Shown here: in pieces, positions 29,931-39,195 of the stretch | How positions within the stretch are numbered: the stretch's first letter is position 1 | Layout of the letters: each line of letters starts with the position of its first letter | Program-made: the position numbers and the translations under genes | Source: Longimicrobiales bacterium | GTDB taxonomy: Bacteria > Gemmatimonadota > Gemmatimonadetes > Longimicrobiales > Gaopeijiaceae | Length of the DNA: 64,000 nucleotides | Assembly (NCBI GenBank): GCA_965238005.1 | Contig: OZ250165.1 | Location: 2,080,001 to 2,144,000 of the forward strand | Direction: 5' to 3' | The notes under the pieces: generated by a model | The model's input: the letters and a program-made list of their open reading frames with translations, nothing else | Databases searched by the model: none | Told to the model about the DNA's origin: nothing

Positions 29931-29967
29931 AAAGGGTGATCCACGGGGTGATCGCAAAAGGGTGACC
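29931..29967 (+). promoter_or_regulatory. Putative integrase arm-type binding sites (three GGGTGA(T/C)C direct repeats)
   Basis: aaagggtgatc, ggggtgatc and aaagggtgacc lie immediately upstream of the integrase ATG. Confidence 0.5.
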
Positions 29968-29969
29968 AG

Positions 29970-31130
29970 ATGGGCAGACACGCCAAGAAACTCACTGCCG
30001 CCTTCGTGCGGAGCGTCCGGGAACCGGGGCTGTATTGGGACGAGCACGGCCTCGTGCTACGGGTCAAGCCGTCTGGCTACAAGCAGTGGATCCAGCGGCT
30101 GTTCATTCACGGCAAGCGCAGGGAGTTGGGGCTCGGTTCGGTCCGCCTCGTGACGCTGGCCGAGGCGCGGGACACGGCGCTGGCCAACCGCAAGGTGGCC
30201 CGCGCGGGCGGCGATCCGAGGACGAAGCGGCACAGTTCAGTGCCGACGTTCGAGCGGGCGGCGGCCAAGGTCTTCGCCATGCACCGTCCGACCTGGACCG
30301 ACAGGCACGCGGGCCAGTGGATGGCGACGCTGCGCACCTATGCGTTTCCCGGGATCGGGGGGAAGCGGGTGGACCGGATCGCGTCCGCCGACGTCATGGG
30401 GGTGCTGCTTCCGGTCTGGAACGGGAAGCACCAGACGGCCAAGCGGGTCCGTCAGCGGATTTCGACGGTGATGCGGTGGGCGATCGCGCAGGGCTACCGC
30501 GTGGACAACCCCGCGGGCGATGCGATCGGCGCCGCGCTGCCGAGGCCTCCGCGCGTCCAGAAGCACTACAAGGCGCTGCCCTACGGGGAAGTGGCCGGGG
30601 CGATTGACGCGATCCAGCGATCCGAGGCAAGGGTGACGGTGAAGCTGGGCTTCGAGTTTCTGGTGCTGACGGCCTGCCGGTCGGGCGAGGTGCGTGGGGC
30701 TCGCTGGGAGGAGGTCGACCTGGAGGGCGGAGTGTGGACGATCCCGGCGGAGCGGATGAAGAGCCGGCGGGAGCACCGGGTGCCGCTGTCGGCGCGGGCG
30801 AGGGAGATCCTGGCCGAGGCGAAGGCGCACGCGCCTCGTTCGGAGTGGGTGTTCCCGTCCGCGAGGCGGCTGGTGCTGCCGAGTTTCGAGTTCGCGGGCC
30901 TGCTCAAGGCGCTCGGGATCGCGGCCGTGCCGCACGGCTTCCGCTCCAGCTTCCGGGACTGGACGGCGGAGCGCACCGACGCGCCGCACGCGGTCATGGA
31001 GGCGGCGCTGGCGCACGCGGTCCGCAACAGGGTGGAGGCCGCCTACGCCCGCTCGGACCTGTTCGAGCGCCGCCGCGTCCTGATGGAGCAGTGGGCGGGC
31101 TACCTGGCTGGCGAGCGTCGACACGCGTAG
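29970..31130 (+). CDS. P4-like tyrosine integrase with arm-DNA-binding domain
   Basis: GLVLRVKPSG.K.W..R...GKRRELGLG; catalytic TACRSGE, HGFRSSFRDW, ALAH and AYAR. Confidence 0.95.
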   Translation: MGRHAKKLTAAFVRSVREPGLYWDEHGLVLRVKPSGYKQWIQRLFIHGKRRELGLGSVRLVTLAEARDTALANRKVARAGGDPRTKRHSSVPTFERAAAKVFAMHRPTWTDRHAGQWMATLRTYAFPGIGGKRVDRIASADVMGVLLPVWNGKHQTAKRVRQRISTVMRWAIAQGYRVDNPAGDAIGAALPRPPRVQKHYKALPYGEVAGAIDAIQRSEARVTVKLGFEFLVLTACRSGEVRGARWEEVDLEGGVWTIPAERMKSRREHRVPLSARAREILAEAKAHAPRSEWVFPSARRLVLPSFEFAGLLKALGIAAVPHGFRSSFRDWTAERTDAPHAVMEAALAHAVRNRVEAAYARSDLFERRRVLMEQWAGYLAGERRHA

Positions 31131-31200
31131 GCCGGTGCCCAGCCGCCGAGGGGCGATCCGTTGAGGCCCGATCCGAGGCCGATCCACGGCTGGCTCATGA

Positions 31201-31640
31201 CCCCTTAAGGGTCAAGAGCCAGCATACCCTTTGTACCCACAAAGGGGCTGGCGAGGGGCTCCGCCCCTTCGATCCCGAAGGACGCCCGCGCTCCGCTGCG
31301 GGGTGCGTGCTCGCCCAGCGTGCGAGCCGTGTCCGGTCGCGCCCGATGGAGCCTGGTCAGGCGGCTCCGCTCGCGCTCAATGGCGCGTGCAGGCGCGGTC
31401 CACGTTCGCCTCCGCGCCATCGTCGGTCGCCGCGACCTCGCAGGCGGCGTGCGGGCGACCGCCATGACGGTGAGGCGGTCTGCGGGGAGCGCACCGGCGA
31501 CGCGGTTCGCGACGGCGGCACCCACCGCTCGCTGCCCCGGCAGCGGCGCGGGAAGTTGGGGGTTCAAGGGGGGCGCAGCGTCCCCTTGGCCAGCCCCTTT
31601 GTGGGTACAAAGGGTAGGCTGGCTTACGCTCCTTAAGGGG
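31201..31640. repeat. 440-bp module bounded by ~75-bp imperfect inverted repeats, each containing a bulged hairpin
   Basis: Left arm ccccttaaggg..gccagcataccctttgtacccacaaaggggctggc. Right arm gccagcccctttgtgggtacaaagggtaggctggc..ccttaagggg. Confidence 0.85.
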
Positions 31641-31691
31641 CGTGAGCCAGCGCTTCCACCCGCGGCCAGCGACGCGGTCGTGGCGGGCGGG

Positions 31692-32024
31692 CTACGGCTT
31701 GCCGACGGCCTCCAAGGGCTCCCCCGTGACGGACGAGCCGTGGCCTCGGTCCACCCGGCGGAGGAGGTGCCTCAAGGGTCCGAAGACCGGCACATCGCGG
31801 GGCGGAACCTCGACCGGCTCTCCGATCTTGAGGTTGCGGCCCGTGCGGGCCTTGCGGTGCCGCAGCTTGAAGGTGCCGAAGCCCCGGAGCTCGATGTGGT
31901 CGCCGCGCGCCAGCGCGTCTTTCACAGCGTCGAGGAAGGCGTCGACCACCAGCCCGCAGTCCCTCTTGGTGGCTCGCGGTCCGGCCGCATCGGCGGCCTG
32001 TTCAACGAGGTCGGCTTTGGTCAT
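31692..32024 (-). CDS. HU/IHF family DNA-binding protein
   Basis: MTKADLVEQ...IELRGFGTFK.R.RKARTGRN..GEPVEVP. Confidence 0.9.
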   Translation of the reverse strand: MTKADLVEQAADAAGPRATKRDCGLVVDAFLDAVKDALARGDHIELRGFGTFKLRHRKARTGRNLKIGEPVEVPPRDVPVFGPLRHLLRRVDRGHGSSVTGEPLEAVGKP

Positions 32025-32168
32025 CCTCTTCTCCTCGCCGGAAGTGTGGCCTTGTTCGGCGTCCATCGAACCCCCAGACTTCCCCCCGGAAACCATTGTC
32101 TGTGGGGACCCCGCTGAGTCGGATTGCCCGCTCAATGCGAATCTGCATCAACTGTAAAGAGGTATAAG

Positions 32169-33206
32169 ATGCGCCCACTGACCGTTGTACTGACCGCCCT
32201 GCTCATCTTGGCTGTCGGCTGCGAGGGGCCTGTGGGGCCAGCGGGGCCGCAGGGTCTTCCAGGGGCTGATGGAACCGATGGAGCTACGGGCCCCGAGGGG
32301 CCACAAGGCCCACAAGGCGAGACCCTGGACTGGTCGGACGTCATCACGGAATCGCGCGTGGACGAAGCCGTGTACCGCGTGGTGGGCACTGGATTCGCAG
32401 CACACTACTCGGATGCGATCTGGACGAATGCCCACGTTATTGAGAGGCTGCAAGAGAGCCTTGCTTTTCTGGAGGAGCTGGGCGCGATGAACCCGGAGCC
32501 CGTTGTCGTGCGATCAGGCACCGTCGTGGGTGAAAGCGGAACCTTCGAGATCTCCGAGACCCTCGACGACAGTTGGTTCCATCCCGACTACGATAGTGAA
32601 ACGCTCACGTCCTCGGACATAGGACTCTTGTACATCGACGGGGAAATGCCTGTTGGGCTGAACCTCCTGCCCCGGGAGATGGTCAACGACATCAGCATCG
32701 GACAGCCCGTAGGCACGTTGGGCTTCCCCGGATCGCTGGAGTTCACGGGTATTGATGATGAGGTGGTCAGTGGCATAGTTACCCCCACATTCAAGGACGG
32801 AGCGGTCAGTGCGCTCCGGGCGGTCGATTCGGGAGGGTCCCAATTCGTGGAGGTTCAGTACAACTTCGATACCACAGGAGGAACGAGCGGCAGTCCGGTC
32901 TTCGATCACGACGGTTGGGTCATCGCCGTGAACTATGCGAGTATTGTCGCCCCTGTGGTGGGTGGGGATGGTGACATTGTACGTGTCCCGGTTGGAAGCC
33001 TGGATTTCGGCATCCGTGTGGATGAGATCTGGGAAGCCATCGACATACGGGCGGCCGGTTGTCAGTGTCGGCGAGCGTCGACCGAACAACCTTCCGGGCG
33101 TTTCGGGCGGCGGGAGGCCGATCAATCCGAACCGTCGGCGATGTTCCCGCGACAGGTCTATCCGGCCGACCTCTACCAGCCATTCCCTGACAGCTGGGAA
33201 CGGTGA
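32169..33206 (+). CDS. Lipoprotein with collagen-like Gly-X-Y repeat and trypsin-like serine protease domain
   Basis: Lipobox LAVGC; GPVGPAGPQG...; catalytic triad motifs TNAHV, SDIGLL and GTSGSP. Confidence 0.85.
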   Translation: MRPLTVVLTALLILAVGCEGPVGPAGPQGLPGADGTDGATGPEGPQGPQGETLDWSDVITESRVDEAVYRVVGTGFAAHYSDAIWTNAHVIERLQESLAFLEELGAMNPEPVVVRSGTVVGESGTFEISETLDDSWFHPDYDSETLTSSDIGLLYIDGEMPVGLNLLPREMVNDISIGQPVGTLGFPGSLEFTGIDDEVVSGIVTPTFKDGAVSALRAVDSGGSQFVEVQYNFDTTGGTSGSPVFDHDGWVIAVNYASIVAPVVGGDGDIVRVPVGSLDFGIRVDEIWEAIDIRAAGCQCRRASTEQPSGRFGRREADQSEPSAMFPRQVYPADLYQPFPDSWER

Positions 33207-33335
33207 ACGGTGAGACGGCGCGTCCATGACTGACCCGGGGCACTCCTAGCGCTCCGCGAGGCTTCCCCGGCCGGTTCCCTGCGGTCCTGCTTGTAAGGAG
33301 GGGGCAGCGCGGATCAGGGCGCGCTCCCTCCAGGG

Positions 33336-34424
33336 GTGCACCCAATCGCGTCTGCCCACCCCACCCCTTACCCGGCCTATTGGGGATACGGCTGGGGGTA
33401 CGGCCACTGGGGTGGGGGCATCCACCTGAGCTTCGGAAGTCTCTACCCGTACAACTGGTTCGACTATGGGTATGGGAGCAGCTACTACGGCCCCTACTAC
33501 AGAGGTCGCGTCCTGCCGACCTACGTGGGTGTTCGGCCAAGGGTCGTGCCCGGACGGTACGCACGCGGCGGGTCGGCCCTCTATGGCTCGGGGCTGGGCT
33601 ACAAGGAGTCGCCACGGGCTACTCCGGCTAGACGGGTGGCCGACAATCGGGCGGTGACCCCGGCGCCCAGCGCGAGGACCGCAGCGCGGCGTGCAGTGAC
33701 CACTACCGCCGCCCGCACGCCCCAGCGGAGGGCGACGGCCGGTCGGGTGCAGGCACCGACGACTCGTGCCTCCGCGACCCGGGCTGCCGGGGCTCAGAGA
33801 ACGGCGCCCAGGGCTCGTCCCCCGGACGCCCTGCAAGGGCGGACCAACACGCGCTCGAGCGCAGCGTCGCGCGCTCGTGCGCCCAGCCGTGCGCGCTCGG
33901 GCTCCACGGATACGCGGACGCGGACGCCCACGGCTCGTTCGGCACCTTCCAGAGCCGCTACGCCTTGGGCCCGTACCGCGCCCTCCAGGCGGCGCTCGGG
34001 TGCTAGCCGTCCGTCGCCGACCACGCGCTCGAACCTGCAGCGCTCGAGACCGTCGGCGCGCACGGCCCCGCCTGCCCGCTCCGCGCCGGCGACGCGGGCC
34101 GCACCTTCACGGGGTAGCACGCGGTCCGTGACTCCTCGCCGCGCTCCGAGCCGGGCTCGGTTGGCTCCCCGGATCGCTCCGAGCCGTGCAAGGAGCGCAC
34201 CCCCGAGCTCGGCCCGGCGAGCGCCGTCCCGTCTGGCACCGAGTCGGAGTGTGGCGCCCAGTCGGCGTCCGCCGACCCGGTCGGCGGCACCGAGCCGGAG
34301 CTCTGGCAGGCGCTCTGCCCCCCGGGCGGCGCCCTCTCGCTCGTCGTCCGCCCGTAGCGCTCCCGCAAGGAGCGGCTCCTCGGGCCGGTCCCGAAGCGCG
34401 GTGCGGCGTCCCAGGGGCGGCTGA
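33336..34424 (+). pseudogene. 3' part of the interrupted Tyr/Gly-rich protein with a long Arg/Ser/Ala/Pro-rich tail
   Basis: Starts without a signal peptide in YWGYGWGY-rich sequence, followed by many R(S/T)APSR repeats. Confidence 0.55.
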
Positions 34425-34425
34425 T

Positions 34426-35652
34426 CTACGGCCCGACCACGACTCCCTCTTTGATCACGGACCGGCACGGGTTCGTGCCTATCCAGTAGGCCAGCTCTCG
34501 CGGGTGGCTCACGTCCCAAAGAGCCAGATCTGCACGCTTTCCCGGCTCCAAGGTGCCGATGTCTGCCCCCAGGTCCAAAGCCAATGCAGCATTCCTCGTC
34601 ACACCCGCCAGGGCCTCCTCCGGAGTCAGCCGGTAGAGAGTGCAGCCCATGTTGAGGATGGTGAGGAGTGAGAGGATGGGAGACGAGCCGGGGTTGGCGT
34701 CGGTCGCCAGGGCCATGGGCACGCCGTGCTCCCTGAGCGAGCTCACCGGAGGCGTGCGGGTCTCACTCAGATAGTAGAACGCCCCGGGAAGCAACACGGC
34801 CACGGTCTCCGCTCCGGCCATCGCCCGGACGCCATCCTCGGACGCGTACTCGAGGTGATCGGCCGAGAGGGCCGAGAAGCGGGCTGCCAGGGCCGCGCCC
34901 CCCGTATCCGACAGCTGGTCAGCGTGGAGCCTGATCGGAAGCCCCAGGTCGCTGGCCGCCTGGAAGAACGAGGCGCACTCGTCGGGTGTGAATGCGATCC
35001 CCTCGCAGAAGGCATCGACCATGTCCACCAGACCGTCCTCCACGGCCGACGGCAGCAGCTCCCCCACCACGAGAGCCACGAAGTCGTCGCGCCGTCCGTC
35101 GAACTCGGGAGGGAGGGCGTGGAGAGCGAGAAGCGTCGTTCTGACGGTGAGCGGGAGTCTCTCACCGACGCTTCGTGCCGTCTGCAGCATGCGTAGCTCG
35201 GTGGCGACATCCATACCGTAGCCGGACTTGATCTCGAGGGTGGTGACACCCTGGCGAAGCAGCTCGCCGGCCCTCGCCACGGCTCCGGCTTCCAGCTCCT
35301 CGGACGTGGCCTCCCGGGTCGCCCGCACGGTGGAGCGGATGCCCCCCCCGGCGCTGGCGATCTCGACATAGGTGGCGCCCTGCAGGCGAGCCTCGAACTC
35401 GTCGGCCCTGTCCCCTCCGAAAACGAGATGGGTATGGCAGTCGATGAGCCCGGGGGTCAGCCAGGCGCCCCCGGCATCGTGTACCTCGGTTTCGGGGCCC
35501 ATACCACTCGCGGGTAGCTGCGACCTCGGCCCCACCCACTCGATCTTCCCGCTGGTCGCGGCCACGGCACCGTCAGGCACCTCTCCGTAGGCGGCGCCGC
35601 CGCTCCGCATGGTGGCGACCTGGCTATTCAGCCAAACGCTGTCGAATGCCAA
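34426..35652 (-). CDS. hutI: Imidazolonepropionase
   Basis: PGLIDCHTHLVF, EIKSGYG, DAFCE, HADQL and ATDANPGSSP motifs. Confidence 0.95.
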   Translation of the reverse strand: MAFDSVWLNSQVATMRSGGAAYGEVPDGAVAATSGKIEWVGPRSQLPASGMGPETEVHDAGGAWLTPGLIDCHTHLVFGGDRADEFEARLQGATYVEIASAGGGIRSTVRATREATSEELEAGAVARAGELLRQGVTTLEIKSGYGMDVATELRMLQTARSVGERLPLTVRTTLLALHALPPEFDGRRDDFVALVVGELLPSAVEDGLVDMVDAFCEGIAFTPDECASFFQAASDLGLPIRLHADQLSDTGGAALAARFSALSADHLEYASEDGVRAMAGAETVAVLLPGAFYYLSETRTPPVSSLREHGVPMALATDANPGSSPILSLLTILNMGCTLYRLTPEEALAGVTRNAALALDLGADIGTLEPGKRADLALWDVSHPRELAYWIGTNPCRSVIKEGVVVGP

Positions 35653-35660
35653 AGAGAGTC

Positions 35661-37508
35661 CTATCCGTTGGTGATTCCTGGCCGCCCTAGCGCCGCCTCC
35701 ACGCACTTCTCCACCACCCGCGCAGCTTCGTCGGCTTCCTGCAGAATGCCATCCAGCTTGCCTCGAACGTCCTTGTCGAACGCTTCGTCCGAGATGTTCG
35801 GGAGGTTGATGCGCACGTTGTAGATCGCGGCCTTGAGGCCCGCATGGGCCATGAGCGCCCCCGATCCCACGTCGCTGATCATCTCGGGCGTGGCCATGGC
35901 CGCCATCTCCTCACAGAGCTTCATGGCCTCCAGGCATCCCTCGGCTGTCCCGAGCGGAACGAGCGTGGCCGTTTTGTAGCCCTCCTGGATGGCGGCGGAA
36001 CGAAGAGTCCGCTCTTCTTCGGTGTCCGGTGGCATGCGCATGCCCGTGAGGACGGAGTCGAAGGCCTGTGTGTCCTCGTCCACCATTCTGACGAGGAGGT
36101 CCTTTACGGCTTGAGCCCTTTCCGCGATGGAGCACAGCTGCTCGTAGCGATCGTCGAACTCGCCCTTCCCCACCGACAGGTTCACCACCATCGAGACCAG
36201 CGCCCCACCGAGAGCGCCGGCCAGAGCGGCTACCGATCCCCCGCCCGGGGCGGGTGTCTCCCGCGAAACCTCGTCGATGAAGTCGAACGTGGGACGCAGG
36301 ACCAAGGGCCCCTCCACGGTGGGCGCCGCCAAGACCTTCTCCCGAACGTCGAAGGGCGCGACGTCTCTCAACCCCATGGACTGGATGGCCGTCTCCAGAA
36401 GATCAGCGACCGGAACGCCCGTGGACTTCATGGCCCGTCTGCGATAGAAGACTCCGGCCTGCCGCAAGGCTTCGAAGGGGATGAGGCCGATCAGCTCGGA
36501 GCCAGTGATGACCACACCCCTCTTGCGCGCCTCTTCCCGAGCCGCCTCCAGCACCTCATGAGGAGGGCTCACCTTGAAGTTCGTGAAGTTGATGCTGATC
36601 TGAGCCCGGTTGTACTCTTCGATCACCCAGCCGATGGCCTTTACGTCCGTAAACAGGCCGTCGTCGAAGACGGGGCCGGACGGGGCCTCGGGATCGATGT
36701 CCAGGGCCTGGTAGCGCGCCCGAAGATCCCCCCCGTGAACGTCCCGGTAGTGGGTCTCCAGCTCCCCGAAGCTCCCGCCCACGAAGTCGCAGGGACCGCA
36801 GGGGTAGGTACCATCCTCGGGGAAGCGCACGACCTCGCCCTTGTAGTAGAACGGATCAGTGTTGCCCACCCGCTTCCACCGCCCCCGTTCCCGGAGCGCG
36901 TAGGCAATGTCGTTGGCGTAGCGCCGGTCGGTGGAGCTCAGGTTGATGTTGTACGCGATCAGGAATTCCCGGGCGCCCACACAGGTGGCTCCCGCCCCCG
37001 GATTGAGGACCTGTGGCCCGAAGTCCGGATGCCAGTCCGGATCCTTGAGCTTCTCGGCCATACTCTCGTACTCGCCGGACCGCACCTGTGCGAGGTTTTC
37101 CCGCTCCGGACGGGTAGCCGCCTGCTCGTAGAGGAAGACCGGAATGTCAAGCTCCTCGCCGATGCGCTTTCCGACACGTTGAGCCATGGCGACGCACTCT
37201 TCCATGGTCACACCGGACACCGGCACGAAGGGCACGACGTCGGTGGCCCCCATCCTGGGATGCTCTCCCTGGTGCTCCCGCATGTCGATGAGCTGGGCAG
37301 CCCTGGCCACGCACTGGAAGGCGGCGTCTTCGACTGCATCGGGGGCACCGACGAAGGTGACCACGGTTCTGTTGGTATTGGCCCCCGGATCCACGTCGAG
37401 AAGGCGGACGCCGGCGACGGCCTCGATGGCGTTGGTGATCTCCTTCAGGACGGCGGGGTTCCTTCCTTCGGAGAAGTTGGGGACACACTCGACGATCGGT
37501 TGAGACAT
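35661..37508 (-). CDS. ftcD: Glutamate formimidoyltransferase / formimino-THF cyclodeaminase (bifunctional)
   Basis: VECVPNFSEGR, GEHPRMGATDVVPF and PAPGGGSVAAL motifs. Confidence 0.95.
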   Translation of the reverse strand: MSQPIVECVPNFSEGRNPAVLKEITNAIEAVAGVRLLDVDPGANTNRTVVTFVGAPDAVEDAAFQCVARAAQLIDMREHQGEHPRMGATDVVPFVPVSGVTMEECVAMAQRVGKRIGEELDIPVFLYEQAATRPERENLAQVRSGEYESMAEKLKDPDWHPDFGPQVLNPGAGATCVGAREFLIAYNINLSSTDRRYANDIAYALRERGRWKRVGNTDPFYYKGEVVRFPEDGTYPCGPCDFVGGSFGELETHYRDVHGGDLRARYQALDIDPEAPSGPVFDDGLFTDVKAIGWVIEEYNRAQISINFTNFKVSPPHEVLEAAREEARKRGVVITGSELIGLIPFEALRQAGVFYRRRAMKSTGVPVADLLETAIQSMGLRDVAPFDVREKVLAAPTVEGPLVLRPTFDFIDEVSRETPAPGGGSVAALAGALGGALVSMVVNLSVGKGEFDDRYEQLCSIAERAQAVKDLLVRMVDEDTQAFDSVLTGMRMPPDTEEERTLRSAAIQEGYKTATLVPLGTAEGCLEAMKLCEEMAAMATPEMISDVGSGALMAHAGLKAAIYNVRINLPNISDEAFDKDVRGKLDGILQEADEAARVVEKCVEAALGRPGITNG

Positions 37509-37514
37509 GAGTTG

Positions 37515-39182
37515 TCAGCTCTCCCGCATTGGAATAAGAAGCCCCTCTCGCTCGGCGGTCTCCACCGCCTTCTGGTAGCCCGCATCGGCGTGTCGTACGA
37601 CGCCGATACCGGGATCGTTGGTGAGTACCCGACGGATCCGCTCAGACATCTCGGCCGAGCCGTCGGCCACCAGGACCTGGCCGGCATGGAGTGAGTTGCC
37701 GATGCCGACGCCGCCGCCGTGATGGAACGACACCCAGCTCGCTCCCGACGCCGTGTTCAGGAGGGCGTTCAGAATGGGCCAGTCGGCAACCGCGTCGCTT
37801 CCGTCGAGCATGGCCTCGGTCTCGCGGTAGGGCGAAGCCACCGACCCGGTATCCAGATGGTCGCGCCCGATGACGATAGGAGCCGAGACCTCGTCGCTGG
37901 CCACGAGCTCGTTCATGGCCACTCCGAAGCGGGCCCGCTCTCCCTGTCCCAACCAGCAGATCCTGGCCGGCAGCCCTTGGAAGTGGACTTTCTCCCGCGC
38001 CATGCCGATCCAGCGCACCAGATGCTCGTCGTCGGGGAACATCTCCAGCACCAGATCGTCGGTCCGGTGGATGTCGGTCGGGTCACCCGAGAGCGCCACC
38101 CATCGGAAGGGCCCCTTCCCCTCGCAGAACAGAGGACGCACGTAGGCGGGCACGAACCCGGGGAACGCGAAGGCGTCTTCGAAGCCGGCGTCCAGGGCCT
38201 GGGTCCGGAGGTTGTTTCCATAGTCGGTCGTATGGGCGCCTGCCCGCATGAGGTTCACCATGGCCTCACAGTGGATGCGCATGGACTCCATGGATCGCCG
38301 GATGTACTCGTCGGGATCGGAAGCCCGCAGGGACGCGGCGGCTTCCAGGGACAAGCCTGCCGGAACGTAGCCGTGCAGCGGGTCGTGAGCCGACGTCTGG
38401 TCGGTGAGCAGGTCGGGGACGACCCCACGGCGGGAGATCTCCGGGATCACTTCCGCACAGTTGCCCACCAGGCCCACGCTGAGCGCCTCACCCCGGTCGG
38501 CGGCCCCCCGAGTCCACTCGAGCGCCTCGTCGAGATCGTCGGTCATTCGGTCGCAGTACCCGGTGTCCAGCCGCCGCTGGATCCGTGCCGGGTCCACCTC
38601 CACGACCAGAATGGCGCCATTATTCATGGTAGCAGCCAGCGGCTGAGCGCCACCCATGCCCCCCATCCCGCCGGTCAGGACCCAGCGGCCCTTGAGGCTG
38701 GAGCCGAAGTGCTTCCGAGCCATGGCCCCGAAGGTCTCGTACGTGCCCTGCAAGATGCCCTGGGTCCCGATGTAGATCCACGAACCGGCCGTCATCTGGC
38801 CATACATCATGAGCCCCTTCCGCTCCAGCTCGTTGAAGTGGTCCCAGTCGGCCCAACGGCCCACGAGGTTGGAGTTGGCGATGAGGACGCGGGGGGCATC
38901 GGTGTGGGTGGTGAAGACTCCGACCGGCTTGCCGGACTGGACGAGGAGCGTCTCGTCGTCCTCAAGTGCGCGTAGGGAAGCCACGATGCGGTCGAACGCC
39001 TCCCAGCTTCGGGCGGCCTTGCCGGTTCCACCGTGGACGACCAGGTCGTTGGGTCGCTCGGCGACCTCCGGATCCAGGTTGTTCATCAGCATCCGGAGGG
39101 CGGCCTCCTGGGTCCACCCCTTGCAGGAAAGCTCGTTGCCGCGGGGCGCGCGGATCGTTCGCGGCCCGACTGTGGTGCTCAA
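37515..39182 (-). CDS. hutU: Urocanate hydratase
   Basis: [25 protein letters not shown] and GRDHLD motifs; TTG start with gaaggaga RBS. Confidence 0.97.
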   Translation of the reverse strand: MSTTVGPRTIRAPRGNELSCKGWTQEAALRMLMNNLDPEVAERPNDLVVHGGTGKAARSWEAFDRIVASLRALEDDETLLVQSGKPVGVFTTHTDAPRVLIANSNLVGRWADWDHFNELERKGLMMYGQMTAGSWIYIGTQGILQGTYETFGAMARKHFGSSLKGRWVLTGGMGGMGGAQPLAATMNNGAILVVEVDPARIQRRLDTGYCDRMTDDLDEALEWTRGAADRGEALSVGLVGNCAEVIPEISRRGVVPDLLTDQTSAHDPLHGYVPAGLSLEAAASLRASDPDEYIRRSMESMRIHCEAMVNLMRAGAHTTDYGNNLRTQALDAGFEDAFAFPGFVPAYVRPLFCEGKGPFRWVALSGDPTDIHRTDDLVLEMFPDDEHLVRWIGMAREKVHFQGLPARICWLGQGERARFGVAMNELVASDEVSAPIVIGRDHLDTGSVASPYRETEAMLDGSDAVADWPILNALLNTASGASWVSFHHGGGVGIGNSLHAGQVLVADGSAEMSERIRRVLTNDPGIGVVRHADAGYQKAVETAEREGLLIPMRES

Positions 39183-39195
39183 AGCTCTATCTCCT

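Larger units (their letters stand above)
29833..33340. mobile_element. Small integrative element / island remnant (integrase, IR module, HU, protease); boundaries approximate
   Basis: AT-rich left end, tyrosine integrase and cargo genes, lying between two halves of an apparent single host gene. No att duplication found. Confidence 0.65.

Noticed and set aside
29820..33365. attL/attR direct repeats or a tRNA target for the integrase
   Set aside because: Only weak matches (ctgtccatc versus ctgcccacc; gtccat) and no tRNA/tmRNA-like sequence seen.
33794..34519. Gly/Ala/Arg-repeat ORF on the minus strand
   Set aside because: Mirror of the plus-strand low-complexity tail.
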